Notes under the pieces: model-generated
Told to the model about the DNA's origin: nothing
The model's input: only the letters and a program-made list of their open reading frames with translations
Database searches by the model: none
Translations under genes and position numbers: made by a program
DNA from: the human T2T-CHM13v2.0 reference genome, Homo sapiens
DNA: 64,000 nucleotides
Assembly (NCBI RefSeq): GCF_009914755.1
Contig: NC_060947.1
Strand: one strand, 5' to 3'
Shown: one piece after another, positions 33,831 to 50,716 of the stretch
How the letters are laid out: each line of letters starts with the position of its first letter
How positions within the stretch are numbered: position 1 is the stretch's first letter

Positions 33831-36008
33831 ATACATACATGTGGTTCTGCAACTTGATTTATTTTAACTTAATACTATCATGGACAGACACATAGGTATA
33901 TTTAGATCTGTTTTTAGGGCTACATATATTCCATGCAACATAATTTACATGTAACATAATTTATTTAACTAGCCCATCATTGATGGCCATTTAAGTTGCT
34001 TTCAATTTTTTGCAATTACAAATAATGCTACAGTAAATTTCCTCATACATATATCTTGGTACGTTTAGGTTTTCAATTTTGTAAGACACGTTCCTAAGGG
34101 TAGAATTTCTCAGTAAAAGCCTATAAGCTGTTACAATTTAAATAGATTTATCATTTTTACTAGTTATTTTATTAATGTAACTATTCATTGAAAATTAATT
34201 GACCTCTAAAAGTAAAATTACTAGATATATATGGTAAAAGATTTAAAAATACATAAAAGTATAAATCTAAAGTCTCCTTTCACTTCAATCTTTTACTCTA
34301 TGTGTCTATCCCCAAAAGCAATGATTGTTAATAATTTCTTATATATCCTTGCGGAAAAAATGTAAAACTTGAATTTACATGTAAATATATTTTTTTTCTT
34401 TTTCACAGTTGGGTTCATCATTATATGCATCCTTTTCTGCATCTTTTAAAAATTTAATAATATTTTTGGAGGCATTTTCATATCAGAAAATATAGAGCTA
34501 TCTGATTCTTTTGGGGGGAGGCTGCTGAATAGTATGAAAGAAAAAGGGTATGGTATAATTTATTCAACAAGCTCTGTTTGAAGGACTTTGAAGTTGTTTC
34601 TAGTTTCTAGCTATGACAAAAGTCTACAGGGCTTTTAAAAGTAATGGGTGGTGACAGAAATATCTTGAAGCAACCGTAAAGAAATTATCACAAGCTAAAG
34701 TTCCTCTCAAGATATGGCCAGCATAATTTCCTAATCTCAACTCAGACACATGATCAAACAAAGGAATTTTTTTTGACCTGTGAATGTATGAAGAAAAAGA
34801 GTCTTCCAAAGACATGCAGATTAAATTCCTTTTAGATCTGCATTTAAGAAATCCTTTCTATTGAAAAGAATGAAATAACCTGAACTGAGTTCATCATGGG
34901 AAATCTACACTGTATCAAAGCATAGCATCCCTATATCTGCGGGGTCATTGATTTGCTGAGGTTCGTTAATTGGTCTAATGCTCCAGCTTCTTTGAATTAG
35001 TTTATGAATTGACTATTCTTAAAATATGCAGAGATGGATTATATGGTCTATGTCCTTTATAAAGGCCTTTGTTTGGCTCACTATTAATTCCTCTATCCAA
35101 TTATCAGCTCTGATAGGAAAAGTTCCATGGTGATGGGCTCTACTAGCTAAAAGACAATTTGGTCTTGCCCTCATACATCAATTCTCTGTGCTACCCTCCT
35201 TCCTCATCACGAAAAGTAAGCATGAGCTGTTTGTAGTTCACTCAAAGCCTTCTTATTTGTATTCTCCTTCACAGGATGACATTCTCCTATAGACTCAGAG
35301 ATAGAAGCTCTAGCCTGTCTGTCTATTGCAGCATTCGTTTTTCATGCTTTTGCCTGGAAACTGAATGCAGACACCACTTTGAAAAAAAAAAGTTTCCTTT
35401 TCACCTTAAAGATACTCATTTCATATTTTTCTACCCCACAGGCAGATCTGTCTGTGGCAGTTTCTGGTCACCATTATCTCTCACAAATCTAATCAACATG
35501 CTGAATTATATTTATAGAGGTCCTGACTGAAAGAAAAACCAGATGTGACATGTGGGCTAGAACGACACATAGATTTAATATGAGGTGATATACCCAAATC
35601 ACAACCAGAATTTGGTACCTTAGAAAATGTTCTACTTAACATTCTGTTGGCAGGTACATCTGCAACAAAATGCCTCATAAATATTCAGCTACTCTATACC
35701 TCTGTTCTCCAGCTCCCAATGATTACAATAATACAATTTTGTGTAGAGTGAAAGAGCAAATGGCAATTAAGCCCACAGACCCCTGTGAATTAGTATGGAT
35801 TATCTCCACTTTAAAATACAGAGACAGCAAGGCTTATGCAAATTATTTGTGCAAGTGATCACTTGTTCACAAACAGGAACAAAGTGAATATGGCAAATCA
35901 TGTTTGTGAGCCCTCCAAGGATGGAGGCCTGACCTCATGGCTTCTGTCCAATGTGAATAGATGGATATTCAGTCATTGCTCAAGCACAGTACTGGCTTTT
36001 GCATTTGA

Positions 36009-36260
36009 TTTTTTTTTTTTTTTTGAGATAAGGTCTCACTCTGTCGCCCAGGATGTAGTGCAGTGGTGCAATCAGAGCTCCTCACTGCAGCCTTGACCTC
36101 CTGGGCTCAAACCATCCCCCTGCTTCAGCCACCCCACCCCGAGTAGCTAGGACTACAGATGTGTACCACCACACCTGGCTAATTTTAATTTATTTTTTAT
36201 TATTTTATTTTATTTTATTTTTTGGTAGAGACGGGGTCTTGCTATGTTGCCTAGGCTGGT
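36009..36260 (-). mobile_element. 5' truncated AluJ-like element
   Basis: Antisense right arm plus part of the left arm. Confidence 0.85.
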
Positions 36261-37014
36261 CATTTACTTTTTATTAACTGAATTTTTTATTGAGAGATAA
36301 TTGTAGATTCACATGCAGTTGGAAATTCTTGTACACTTTGTCTAGTTTCCTCTAATGGTGACATTTTGCAAAGCTATAGTATAACAAACAGAACATTGAC
36401 ATTGATACAACCCACCAATCTTACTCAGGTTTCTCTAGTTTTTATTATATTCATTTATGTCTGTGTATTAAGTTCTATACAATTTTATCACCTGGGCAAA
36501 CTTGTGTATCTACCAGCATACTGATGCTGAACAGTTCTAATACTAGTAGGATCCCTCATGTTGACCTTTTATAACCACACCAACTTCCTTCCCACCCTTT
36601 CCCCCTACGCTGCTTCATACCTAACCCCTGACAACACTAATCTGTTCCCCATTTCTAAAATTGTGTCATTTCAACAATATTATATAAATGGAATCACACA
36701 TTATGTAAACTTTTAGGATTACCTTTTTTTTTTTTTTAACTCAGCATAATTCTCTGAAGAGCCATCCGGGTTGTTGAGTGTCTCAATAGTTTACTCATTT
36801 CCATTGCTGAGTAGTATTCCATGGTATGGATATGTTACAGTTTATTCAATTATTCACCTGTTGAAAGACATTTGGGCTGATTTCAATTTTTTGCTGTTAT
36901 AAAAAAAATCCCTGCTATGGACATCTGTGTACAGGTTTTTTTTGTGAACATAAGTTTTTATTTCTCTGGGAAAAATGCCTTGGCTTGGCTGTATGGAAGT
37001 TGCATGTTTAGTTT

Positions 37015-37762
37015 TTTTCTTAATTTAAAAAATAATTAAATTTCTGTGGGTACATATTAGGTGTACATATTTGTGTAGTATATGAGATGTTTTGATACAG
37101 GCATGGAATGTGAAATAATCATATCATGGTACCCATCCCCTCAAGTATTTATCCTTTGTGTTATAAACAATCCAATTATACTCATTTAGTTATTTTTAAA
37201 TGAACAATTAAGTTATTATTGAGTATAGTCACCCTGCTGTGCAATCTAATAGTAGGTCTTAATAGTAGGTCTTATTCTTTCTAACTTTTTTTTGTTCACA
37301 TTAATCCCCTCCTTCCCCTCCCCCAAGTCCCCCTCTACCCTTCCCAGCCTCTGGTAACCATCCTTCTACTCTTTATATCCATGAGTTCAATTGTTTTGAT
37401 TTTTGTAGCCCACAAACAAATGAGAACATGCGATGTTTGTTTTTCTGTGCTTAGCTTATTTCACTTAACATAATGACTCCCCGTTCCATCCATGTTGTTG
37501 CAAATGACTGGATCTCATTTTTTTGTGGCTGAATAGTACTCCGTTGTGTATATGTACCACATATTCTTTATCTGTTCATCTGTTGATGGACACTTAGGTT
37601 GCTTCCAAATCTTAGCTATTGTGAACAGTGCTGCAATAAATATGTGAGTGCAGATATCTCTTTGAAATACTTATTCCCTCTCTTTTGGGTATACACCCAG
37701 CAATGGGATTGCTGGATCATATGGTAGCTCTATTTTTAGTTTTTTAGGAACCTCCAAACTGT
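37015..37762 (-). mobile_element. L1MA-type 3' fragment nested in the older L1
   Basis: Second L1 3' UTR; degenerate TSD ttgcatgtttag / ttgcacatttag. Confidence 0.75.
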
Positions 37763-38096
37763 TTGCACATTTAGCTTTATAAGAAACTGTCAGACTGTTT
37801 ACAAACTGTCAGACTGTTTTACAAAACTGTTTTTCAGTTTTACAAAGTAGCTCTATCACTTTATATTCCACCAGCAATGTATAAGGGATCTAGTTTCTCA
37901 GCATCTTTGCCAGCATTTGGTGTTGCCACTATTTTTCATTGTAGTCATTCTTGTAAATTTGTAGTGATATTTTATTGTGCTTTCAATTTGCATTACCCTG
38001 ATGCTTCATGATGTTGAACATCTTTTCCTGTGCTTATGTGCCGTCTTCCTGTGTTCATCAGTGAAATGTCTGTTCATGTGTTTTGCCCTTTTTTAA

Positions 38097-39758
<1,662 letters not shown>

Positions 39759-39837
39759 CTAATATATTCTAATTTTTTGTTGGGTATATCTTTTGCAAAT
39801 ATTTCCTTCTAGTCTGTAGATTTTTTAAAATTCTTTT

Positions 39838-40153
<316 letters not shown>

Positions 40154-40405
40154 TAAAAATTCTTTTTATATGGGCTTTCACAGAACAAAAGCTTTTAATT
40201 TTGTTAAAGTCTAGTTTATTATTTAATTTTTTTAATGAGTCATGCTTTCGATGTTCAAGTTTAAGAACTCTTTGCTTAGCCCTAGATCCCAAAGATTTTC
40301 TCCTATATTTTTTCTAAATATTCCATAGCTTTGTACTTTACATTTAAGTCTGTGGTCCATTTTGAGTCAATTTTTGCATAAGATGTGTGAGGTGTAGGTT
40401 GAGGT

Positions 40406-40463
<58 letters not shown>

Positions 40464-40485
40464 TTTCTTTTTCTTTCTTTTTTTT
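40406..40485. repeat. (TTTC)n microsatellite
   Basis: Seen directly. Confidence 0.95.
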
Positions 40486-43294
40486 GGTCTATTGATGTCC
40501 AGTTGCTTCAGTATTAATTGTTGAAAAGGTTATACTTGCTTTATTGAGTTGATTTTGTACCTTTGTCAAAAATCAGTTGAGCAAATTTTTATGTGTCTAT
40601 TTCTGAATTTTCCATCTTTTCCAATCATCTATGTATCTATCCCTCTGCCAATACCACACTATTTTGATTGCTGTAACTTTACATAAAGCCTTAATATTGG
40701 GTAGAGAGATTCCTCTAACCTTATTCTTCTTTTCAAAAATTGGTTCAGTTATTCTAGGACTTGTGCATTTCCATAAAAATTTTAGACTATGCTTGTCTGT
40801 TTGCATATAACCTTGATGGAATATTGATAGGAATTGGATTATATCTGTATATCAATTTGAAGAGAGCTGACGTCTTTACTATGTTGAATCTTCCAATCCG
40901 TGAACACAGTGTGCTTCTCCATTTTTTAAGGTTTTCTTTGATTTGTTTCATTAGCATTTTGTGATACACATGCTTTGTTAAGTGTATACCTAAGTATTTC
41001 ATTTTCATTGGAGCAATTGTAAATAGCATTGTGCTTTTGATTTCAGTTTCTGCGTGTTCATTTTTAGGACATAGAAATGTGATTGCTTTTTGTGTGTTGA
41101 TTTTGTATTCTGAACTCATTTATAAGTTCTGGTAGATTTTTTTCTTGAAGATTCCTTGAGGTTTTCTATCTGGACTACTGCATAATCTGCAATGCCTTAA
41201 AAAATTTTTTTTTGCCTTTTTGGGGTGCCTCTAACTTCCAGTACCACGTTGAATCATACTGGTGAGAGTGGACATCCTTGCCTTGTTCCTGATCTTAGCT
41301 GGAAAACATTCAATCTTTCACCATTACAGTTGATGTTAGCTGTAGGTTTCTTGATGATGCCACTTACCATGTTGCTAAAAATCCCCTCTATTCTTAACTT
41401 GCCCAGAGATTGTATCGTGAAGGGATATGAATTTTTGTCAAATGCCTTTTTTGGATCAGTTGATATAATTTTTCTTCTTTATCTTGTTGATATTGTGGGT
41501 TATACTGATAGATTTTCAAAGGTTTAGCCAGCTTTGCATATTTGGAATAGATCCCACTTGGTCATGGTATATAATTATTTTTATATATTGTTTCATTTAG
41601 TTTGCTCATATATTGTTGAGGATTTTTGTATTTAATTTCAGGAGAGATATTGGTCTGTAATTTCTTTCTTTTTTTTTTTTTACTGTCTCTGATTTCAGTA
41701 TCAGGATGACACTGGCCTTATAAAATGTGTAGGAAAGTGTTCCTCTTTTCTGGAAGAGATTCTATAAAATTGGTGTTAATTCTTCCTTGGCAGCAAACTC
41801 CAGTGAAATCATGTGGGCCTGGAGATTATTTTGTGAAGGCTTTTAAATTAGTAGTTCAATTTCTTTAATAGCTATAGGGCTATTCAGATTGTCTATTTCC
41901 TCTTGATGGAGCTTTGGTAAATTATGGGTTTTGAGGAGTTGTCTATTTCTTCTAACTTGTTGAATTTGTGAACATAAAGTTATTCATAATATTCTCTTAT
42001 TGTCTTTTTAATTGCTGCAGAATAAGTAGTGATATTCTCTGTTTCATTTATGATATTGATGACTGACTTGTGCTTTTCTCTTTTTACTTTTATCAGTCTT
42101 GCTATAGGTTTATCAATTTTATTGACTTAAAAAATCATATTTGCTCCATTGATTTTTCTCTATTGTCTTCTTATTTTTAATTTCATTGAGTTCTTTTATG
42201 ATCTTGCTTATTTTTTTATTCTGCCTGCTTTGGATTTATCTTGGGGTTTTTTTTAGGCTCTTGAGGTGGGAGCTGAGATTATTGTTTTGAGATATTTCCT
42301 CTTTTTAAATGTATGCATTTAGTGCTATAATCTTTCTTCTCAGCACTGTTTTAGTTGTATCTCCCAAATTTTTAAAATTAAATTTAATTTGATTAAAATA
42401 GTTTTATTTAATTCAATGTTTTAAATTTTTTTTGTTAAAATGTCTTCTTTGATTCATGGGTTATGCGGAAGTGTGTTGTTTAGAACTTTTCTATGGTCTT
42501 TCTGTAATTGATTTCTAGTTTGATTTCATAATAATCAGAGAAAACCATCTTATAAATTCAGTTCCTTTAAATGAGGTTTGTTTTATGGCCCAGTGTATGG
42601 TCTATGTTGGTGAATATTCCATGGGTGCTTCAAAAATATATATATTCTGCTATTGTTGAGTGGAGTGCTCTATATCAACTAAAGTCTGTTGATTGTGTTG
42701 TTCAGAACTTCTATATACCTGCTGATTTTCTGTTTAGTAGCTTTATCACTTGTTGAGACAGGGGTGTTAAAATTCCCAACTATAATTATGGATTTACTAT
42801 TTTTCCTTTCAGCTCCATCAGTTTTGCTTCATGTATTTTGAGGCTCTGTTGTTTGATATGTATGCATTTAGGATCACCATGTCTTCCTGGTGAAGCAATG
42901 CATTTATTATTATGTAGTGTCCTTTCTTGAGTCCAGTAATTTTCCTTGCTCTGTACTCTAGTGAATATTATTATAGCCATTTTTACTTTCCTTAAACTTA
43001 CTGCTTGCATGGTATAATTTTTCCATTCTTCTACTTTCAACCTACCTATATGATGATATTCAAAGTACATTCTTTTGTGAACAGCAACATATGGGTTACT
43101 TGAGCGTACTTTAATATTCCATCTTGATTTATTTATGGGGTTTTGAGTTTCTCTTTGCATGGTTTTCCTAGTGGTTGGACTTGGTATTACAATATGAAAA
43201 TGTGACTACTGTTGTCAGCATTTTATCAGTTTGAGTGAGGTATGGAAACCTCACTTCCATTTTGGTCCTTTGACTTTCCTCACCTTTTAGATTT

Positions 43295-43593
43295 TTTTTG
43301 AAGGGATCTTGTTCTGTCATCCAGACTGCAGAGCAGTGGAGTGCAGTGGTATGATCATAGCTCACAGCAACCTCAAACTCCTGGGCTCAAGTAATCCTCC
43401 TGTCTCGGTTTCCCAAGTAGCTGGGACTATAGGTGTGCACCACCACGCCCAGTTATTTTTAAAAAAATTTTTTGATAGAGATAGGGTCTCACTTTGCTGC
43501 CCAGGCTGGTCTTGAACTCCTGGCTTCAAGCAATCTTCCTGCTTTGACCTCCCAAATTTCTAGGATTACAGACATGAGCTGCCATATCCAGCC
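43295..43593 (-). mobile_element. AluJ-like element
   Basis: Diverged antisense dimer. Confidence 0.88.
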
Positions 43594-44250
43594 ACTTTTA
43601 AATTTTGTTGTTTTAAATATCAGATGATGTTGCAATTTTTGTCTCAATCATCAAATATGATTTATAAAGCTCATGAGGAAAAGGATCATCTATTTTATGT
43701 ACCCATATTTTTGTTCTTTCCTTTGCTCGTTTTTTCTTTCTCATTCTCCAAGATTCTTTAAAAAAATTATTTCTGTTTGAAGTAATTCCTTTAGCTAATC
43801 TTTTAAAGATAGGTCTGCCAGTGACAAGGTATCTTAATTTTCCTTCATCAGAGAATGTTTTCATTTCCATTTTATTCCTGTAAGATAGCTTTGCTGGATA
43901 TAGAATTCATGGTTAACAATTCTTTTCTGTCAGCTTTTGAAAAATATTATGACAGCTTCTTCTGGCCTCCTTAGTTCTGGATGAGAAATCTGTCATTTAA
44001 GTTGTTGCTCTTCTATAAGCAATGTTTGTTTCTTTCTGTCTACTTTCAAAATTTTTTGTCTTTTAGTTTTCAAAAGTTCAATTATGATGTGCCTTGCCAC
44101 AGATTTCTTTGGCTTTTATCCTTCCTGGAATTTGTTTAGCTTTTTGAATCTCTAGGTTTGTGTCTTTTGTCAAATTTGGGAAGCTTTTAGCCTTTATTTA
44201 TTTATTTTTTAATATACATTCAGCCCCACTGTCTTTCTCCTCTCTTTTAA

Positions 44251-44772
<522 letters not shown>

Positions 44773-47700
44773 CCATTTTTTTTCCAAATAATTTCAAAAA
44801 TTTTAAGTTCAGGATTTGCAGATTTGTTACCTAGGTAAATGTGTGCCATGGTGGTTTGCTGCACCTATGAACCCATCACCTTGATTCTTTCTTAACAATG
44901 TTTATTTCTTTTCTGAGATTCTATTTTTTGCATTTCAAGATAATTTGTAATTGCTTGCAGGATTATTTATATGATGATTGCTTTAATATCATTGTCAGAT
45001 AATTCCAGTGTCTAATTCATCTCAGTTTTAGCATCAGTTGATTATCTTTTCTTACTCAAGTTGTGATTTTGTTGCTTCTAAATATGACAGGTAATTTAAA
45101 AAATTGTATCCTGGACATTTTGTCAATTAGGAGATTCTGGGTCTTTTTTAAATCTTTTATTTTAGCAGTCAGTCATTCTGTTTAGGCTTAGCACACAGGT
45201 CTTGGTCCATTTTTGTGGGCTGTGCTTCCAAATACAACTTAATTTTTATAGTCTTTGTGATGTTATTTCATCTTGCTTGGTTTATCTGGTACCCCTGAGG
45301 CTTCCACCTGTCTCTGCTGGTGCTTCTTGGGTGGGGAGCAGAAGGCATCTCCTTAGGCCAGGCCTCCAGCTGTCTCTCAGAGGGGGATGGATGTGGGGGC
45401 ATCACCCTACCAATGCCTCTTGACTTCCGCTAGTCTCTGGACAGGAAAGGAAAATCTTGGGCTAGTTTTCGTAGACTTGGCCACCTGCTGCTGGAGAGTC
45501 CCTTTTTCTTGTTTCCCCTGCCTACCTTGGTGTCTCTGGGTGAGGGAAGAGAATCTCAGTACTGCAGGGACAAAAAGACTTCCTGGATCAGGCCACTTGC
45601 TATTACTGGCTCCCTTTTTCCTCTTATGCCTGCCTGCCTTGGTTTTTCTGAATGGGCGAGGAAAACCTTGGGTTGGCAAAAACAATAGTCTTCCCAGACT
45701 GGGTTATGTTCAACCAGTGTTTTTTGGTGGAGAGGGGAGATTCAGGCCTGTTAGGGAAGGAGAGTGCTTCTCTTGGTTGCTTATTGTTAGCAAGGTGCCC
45801 AGTCAGTCCCCCTTGCTGTAGTATCCAACTTGCCTGAAGTTGTCAGAGGGACTCCCATTTGATCCAGAAGGGGAATGAGCCTACTTGGACTGACTTCTGT
45901 TTCTAGGTTGGGGATTAGGAAGCATAGGGCCTGGGCCGCATTTTTATGCTGGGTTTGGTGAGGGGGAGAAGATAACTGCCACTATGTTGTTCCTTTACTC
46001 TTGGGGTCCCAAACCAGTTTGTTTTATTCTTAGCACCTTTCATAGTTCTCCTTTGGTTGTCTCTTACACCATTTCCAGGATTTATAGTTGTACCTTTTGG
46101 GGAGGAGCAGGGAAAAGTGGCTCTATGCCATCTTGTTCAGTTGAGAAGTCTGCATTTGCTTTTAACATCAGTTCTTGGGCAGTAAAAGCTCTTGAGTGTG
46201 TATGCGTAGACAGATAGGGTGCAACAAAATGACAGAGATAATATCACTGGCATTGTAACTACCTTACTCACTTACAACATTTTCTTTTCTGAGAAGGACA
46301 GGCATTAAATTCAATGGAGATAAGTGTGCCATTTAGGATAAAAAAAATCCCTACCACATATAGGGAAAAGAGAAAGATTGATGAAGCAGAAGTAAAGTGA
46401 ACCTCACTCATTAGAAATGATAGGTGCACAGAAAGTCTGAATTACTGAATTTAAGAAAAACAAAAGTATGTACAGATTAAGACAATAAGGTCACCAATAA
46501 ACAAATTAAGTTATAAAAGAAATTTATATTCAGTATCAGCCTACATTATACAAAATGATCTTGAATGTTCAAGATCATTTTCAATGCCAACCCATTGCAA
46601 TTAATTTCTAGACTTAAGGTTTATAGGAATCTTTAATTCCAATGGATCCTGATTCTAAAAAGCTACTGATTGTTTGATTGAATTGTCTTTATCTAGGATA
46701 TGAATGATTATTCAAGGCATATATCATATCAGGGAATGTCCATAATTTGGGATCCCCACTGAGTTTTGATTCCTGGGCCAGCAAAGTCGCCTTGATGTTT
46801 TAGTTTAGCATTGCAATGCTGTCCTCTAAAGTTTGTTTCACTGTTTTGGATGATTGCTGTTTCTTGCAGTGTTCAGCACTTGCAGAACTTGGCATTTAGT
46901 ATCTAACTTTGTTTCTCCTTGGTACCTTCAGAAAGAGTCTCTTTCTTTCTTTGTTTCTCCTCAGATTGGGGTGTTTCCATATAAATTGAGGGCATACATT
47001 TATGAGGAATTTGAGGGCATACATTATGAGAAATTGAGGCATTTCTACATACTGTCTAATTTCTTCTCTAAATCTTTCATCTGTGGAAATCTCATTTCAA
47101 CACTGCACTTCTCTGGGCCTCATCTGTAAATGAAAGGATTGAATATAATCTCCAAGTCCTGGCTCTAAAATTCTGGGATTTTAATGAATGAAGACTTTAG
47201 TCTTTATTAATACAGACTTTAGAGGAAAAATTTGATACAGCAGTCCCTCTGGAAGAAACCTTGCATCTGAAAGATTTAATGGAAGGTTTGCTGAAATATA
47301 CAAACCCAGGCTTTAGGTTAAAACGGAGCAATGTAACATGCATTATTTCTCGAGATCTCTGGTACTTAAAATGCCACCTGCTTGGCAATTTAGCTCAACT
47401 CATTTGTTTTTATCTTTCTAAATCTTATATTCCTTCTTGAGATGCTTACTGGAAGTGTTAATAACAATTGCTACATCTATGGCTCAGCCCTCTCTGATAA
47501 AAATACCATGTCTAACTCCCATTCCCCGTCTTCTAAAAGAGTTTTCCACTACTTATGGATTACTCCAATAGTGCTCTTTGAATGCTGCATCAAAGAAGAT
47601 AACTTAGACTTTTATGGTATTTAGTGTTTTATTGTTTTCCTAAAAAGTGAATGCAGTTCAATCATTAATCTTTTGTAAAGGAGAGGGAATTGTGAACTCT

Positions 47701-48639
47701 TCTCTCAACAATTAGTGCATTCATAGAGTGATTTCAGGCTCTAGGATGCCACACTCCTCAAATGTGCTAGAAGTGACACTTTCACGGAGGTTTGCTAAGC
47801 CAGTTGGCTGGTGTAAACCCACCTACAAAATTGGAAATGAAGATCCTGACAATTCTCCTTTCACGTGGAGTTATGGACAAATTTGAAAGCATAAAGCTTA
47901 AAATACTCACTTGGCTGCTGAAATATACCAGTTTCTTGATAAGGCCTAACATAATGTGCATCTGTGGTAATTGGAAAAATGTCATAAAATTAAGTGAAAA
48001 AGTACTTTTTATATAGCTTTGTCTTTTCCCCTTAAAAATGTGTGTACTTTTATCAACTCATCTATACAGTCAATTGGAAGATTGTCATTCATTCTACTTG
48101 CTAATGACCACAAAATCCTGAAGAACATCCTACACACACCTCAAAATTTCTGGATATGCAAATTATAAGTAATTTTAATGCTCAAGACAGTGAAACAAAT
48201 CAGTAGATTGTCTACTACCACAATTATTCCTACATCATAGGTAATATGCTTCTCAGATGGATAAATTCAAAATACTAATTTCCCTAAGGTAAATATGGAT
48301 GTTTGGGTGATTTCAATTGGAGAAAGATCATGACTCAGTCTTGAATTTTACTATGTACCATTTTCACTTGGATATTCACTATCATCCTAAATTCCACTTA
48401 TCCACGTCTGAACTGGGTGTTTTTCTTCTGAGTGAGGCTGCCTTCCCAATTTTTCTGTTTTTATGAATATTATCACTATTCTCCGAGTTGCCCAGAAGCA
48501 AACTTTGAGTTCTCTGAGATTTCTGTCTTCTTTATCTCTTAAATCTCTTTGTTATCATACACTGTCAATTCTTACTTTCCAGTAGATATAGGGATAGGAA
48601 TCTTCACACTGCTCTCACATCATTCCAAGCCTTATTCAG

Positions 48640-49202
48640 TTATTCTATTAGCTTACAAATAGATACTAAACATCTACCATGTGCCAGGCACTGGGATAGA
48701 CACTAAAGATACAATGGTGGGCAACAAAAGATGAGGACTCTGTCCATGTGGTCTAGCGAGGAAGACAGACATTAAAAATCACATGCAAACAAAGGTAAAT
48801 CTCCAATTATGACGCATTAAATGAAGAAGAGGTATGAGGCGTCATAAGAGTCTAAAATAGATTGGTGTGAGCTAGTCATGGAAGTCAGGGAAGGTAGGTT
48901 TCCCTGAAGAGGTGATGCATGAGCTGAGAACTGAAGAATTGGCAGAAGTTAATCAGATGAGGAAGGATGGGAAGTACATTCTAAGTAGAGGTTACAGCAA
49001 ATGCAATGGTCTTGTAGTGGGAAAGAGCATGCCAAGTATTAGAGAACTAAAAAGAGGAAGACTAAAAAAAAACAGAGGGGACTTAGCACAAATTGAGACT
49101 GAAGAGCTAGAGAGGGACCAAATCATGCATAGCTTTATATGCTTTATTAAGAAAAAATTTTCTTTTTATCCTATGAGCAATAGAAAGCAACTAAAGAGAG
49201 CT

Positions 49203-49260
<58 letters not shown>

Positions 49261-49950
49261 AAGGGGATCAGATTGGCACTTAAAAAGATCATTTTGGTTG
49301 TATTATGGAACAGATTAGAGGGGGTCCAAGAGTAGTGGCAGACTAGTTCAGTTGGGAGGCTACTGCAGTAGTCCAAGTGAAAGATGATGGTGACTGGTTA
49401 GGGTGGTAAGTGATGGAGATAGAGATAAACTGGGGTGAGCCAAGAGATATTTAGGAGCTACGATCAATAGGACAAGATTATGGATTGGCTATGGCAGGTG
49501 AGAGAGAGAATGAAGGAGACAGAGGGAGAGACAGAGAGTTGGAGCTTGCATAATTTAATGTATGATAGTGTAGGGCCAGTCACTAAAGGAATACCAGAAG
49601 AGGACCCAGTTTGGAGAGAAGCTAATGAGTTCAAGTTGGAGAATGTTGAGCTTGAGGTGTTAATGAGATATCCAAGAAACGATATCAAGTAAACAATTGG
49701 TTATATAAATGTGGAGCTCAAAATAGAGCAAAATAGAGATCTGGTCAAGAGATATAACTTTGAGATTTGTCTGGGTATAGGTGTAAATTGAAATCCTAGG
49801 TGTAGAGAAACTATACAGCCAAATGTGAAGAGGTCCTGGGACAAAGCGTTGGTCAGGTAAAATAGGATGAGTCTAAAAATGAGTGGACAGAGAAGTAGGA
49901 GAAAACGCAGGAGTGTGATGTGTAATGGAAAGCAATGAAAAGAGTATTTT
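48640..49950 (-). mobile_element. L2 fragment containing (TG)n(GA)n at ~49205-49260
   Basis: Purine-rich antisense L2 motifs (atgtgccaggcactggggat-like, gggaggctactgcagtagtccaagtga). Confidence 0.7.
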
Positions 49951-50716
49951 AAACTCATTACTTCTACTAAATAAATGTTAATTTGGGAGTTCCAGATTAA
50001 AACATTTTCAATCTGGTGTTTAAATGACTGATAGAAGTTTGACCAAGTGAAAGCCAACTGTTTTTTGAGCACTTACTCTGTATAAGAAGCTATGCTAAGT
50101 GTTTTATGCACATTAACTCAATCTCATAACGATTTTATAGGATAGGTGTTATTATAATCCTCATATTATAGAGGAGGAAACTGAAGCACGGAGAGGTTAA
50201 GCAACTAGTCCAAGGTTATGTAATGGGTGTGAAAGTGATGGAGCCAGCATTTAAAACTAATCCATTTGAATCTAAGGTTGATTTTTTCTTTTTGGAATAT
50301 TTTAAACTACACAATTCAATTTCTTTAATAGATATAGGACTATTCAAGTTATCTGTTTCTTCTTAACTGAGTTCTTATAGCTGTATTTTTCAAGGAATTG
50401 GATCCTTTCCCAAAGCTAATCTTCTTAATCAATGCACTACTGTGGCATGCATCCCTCTTTCAGGAATGTTTATATATTTTATGAAGATACTACGAAATGG
50501 ATATCTTCCTACCAGTTACTTAACCAGAGTGTTATGAGTACCATATAGAGGTCTTAGAGAGTAGAAAATTATCTTAAGGAAAATCAAGTGATCAAGTGAT
50601 TTGATTATATCTATGATACTTTCTTACAAAATGAAAAGAAATTATAGAGCTCTTTCTAGTTGTCTCTAATTTCCAAAGCTGAATCCAAAATAACACATTC
50701 TTTCTGATTTTTTTAG

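Noticed and set aside
46984-47043. About 24-nt unit repeated 2.5 times (also short duplications at ~17832, ~37247 and ~37784)
   Set aside because: Simple slippage duplications without unique spacers; not CRISPR-like
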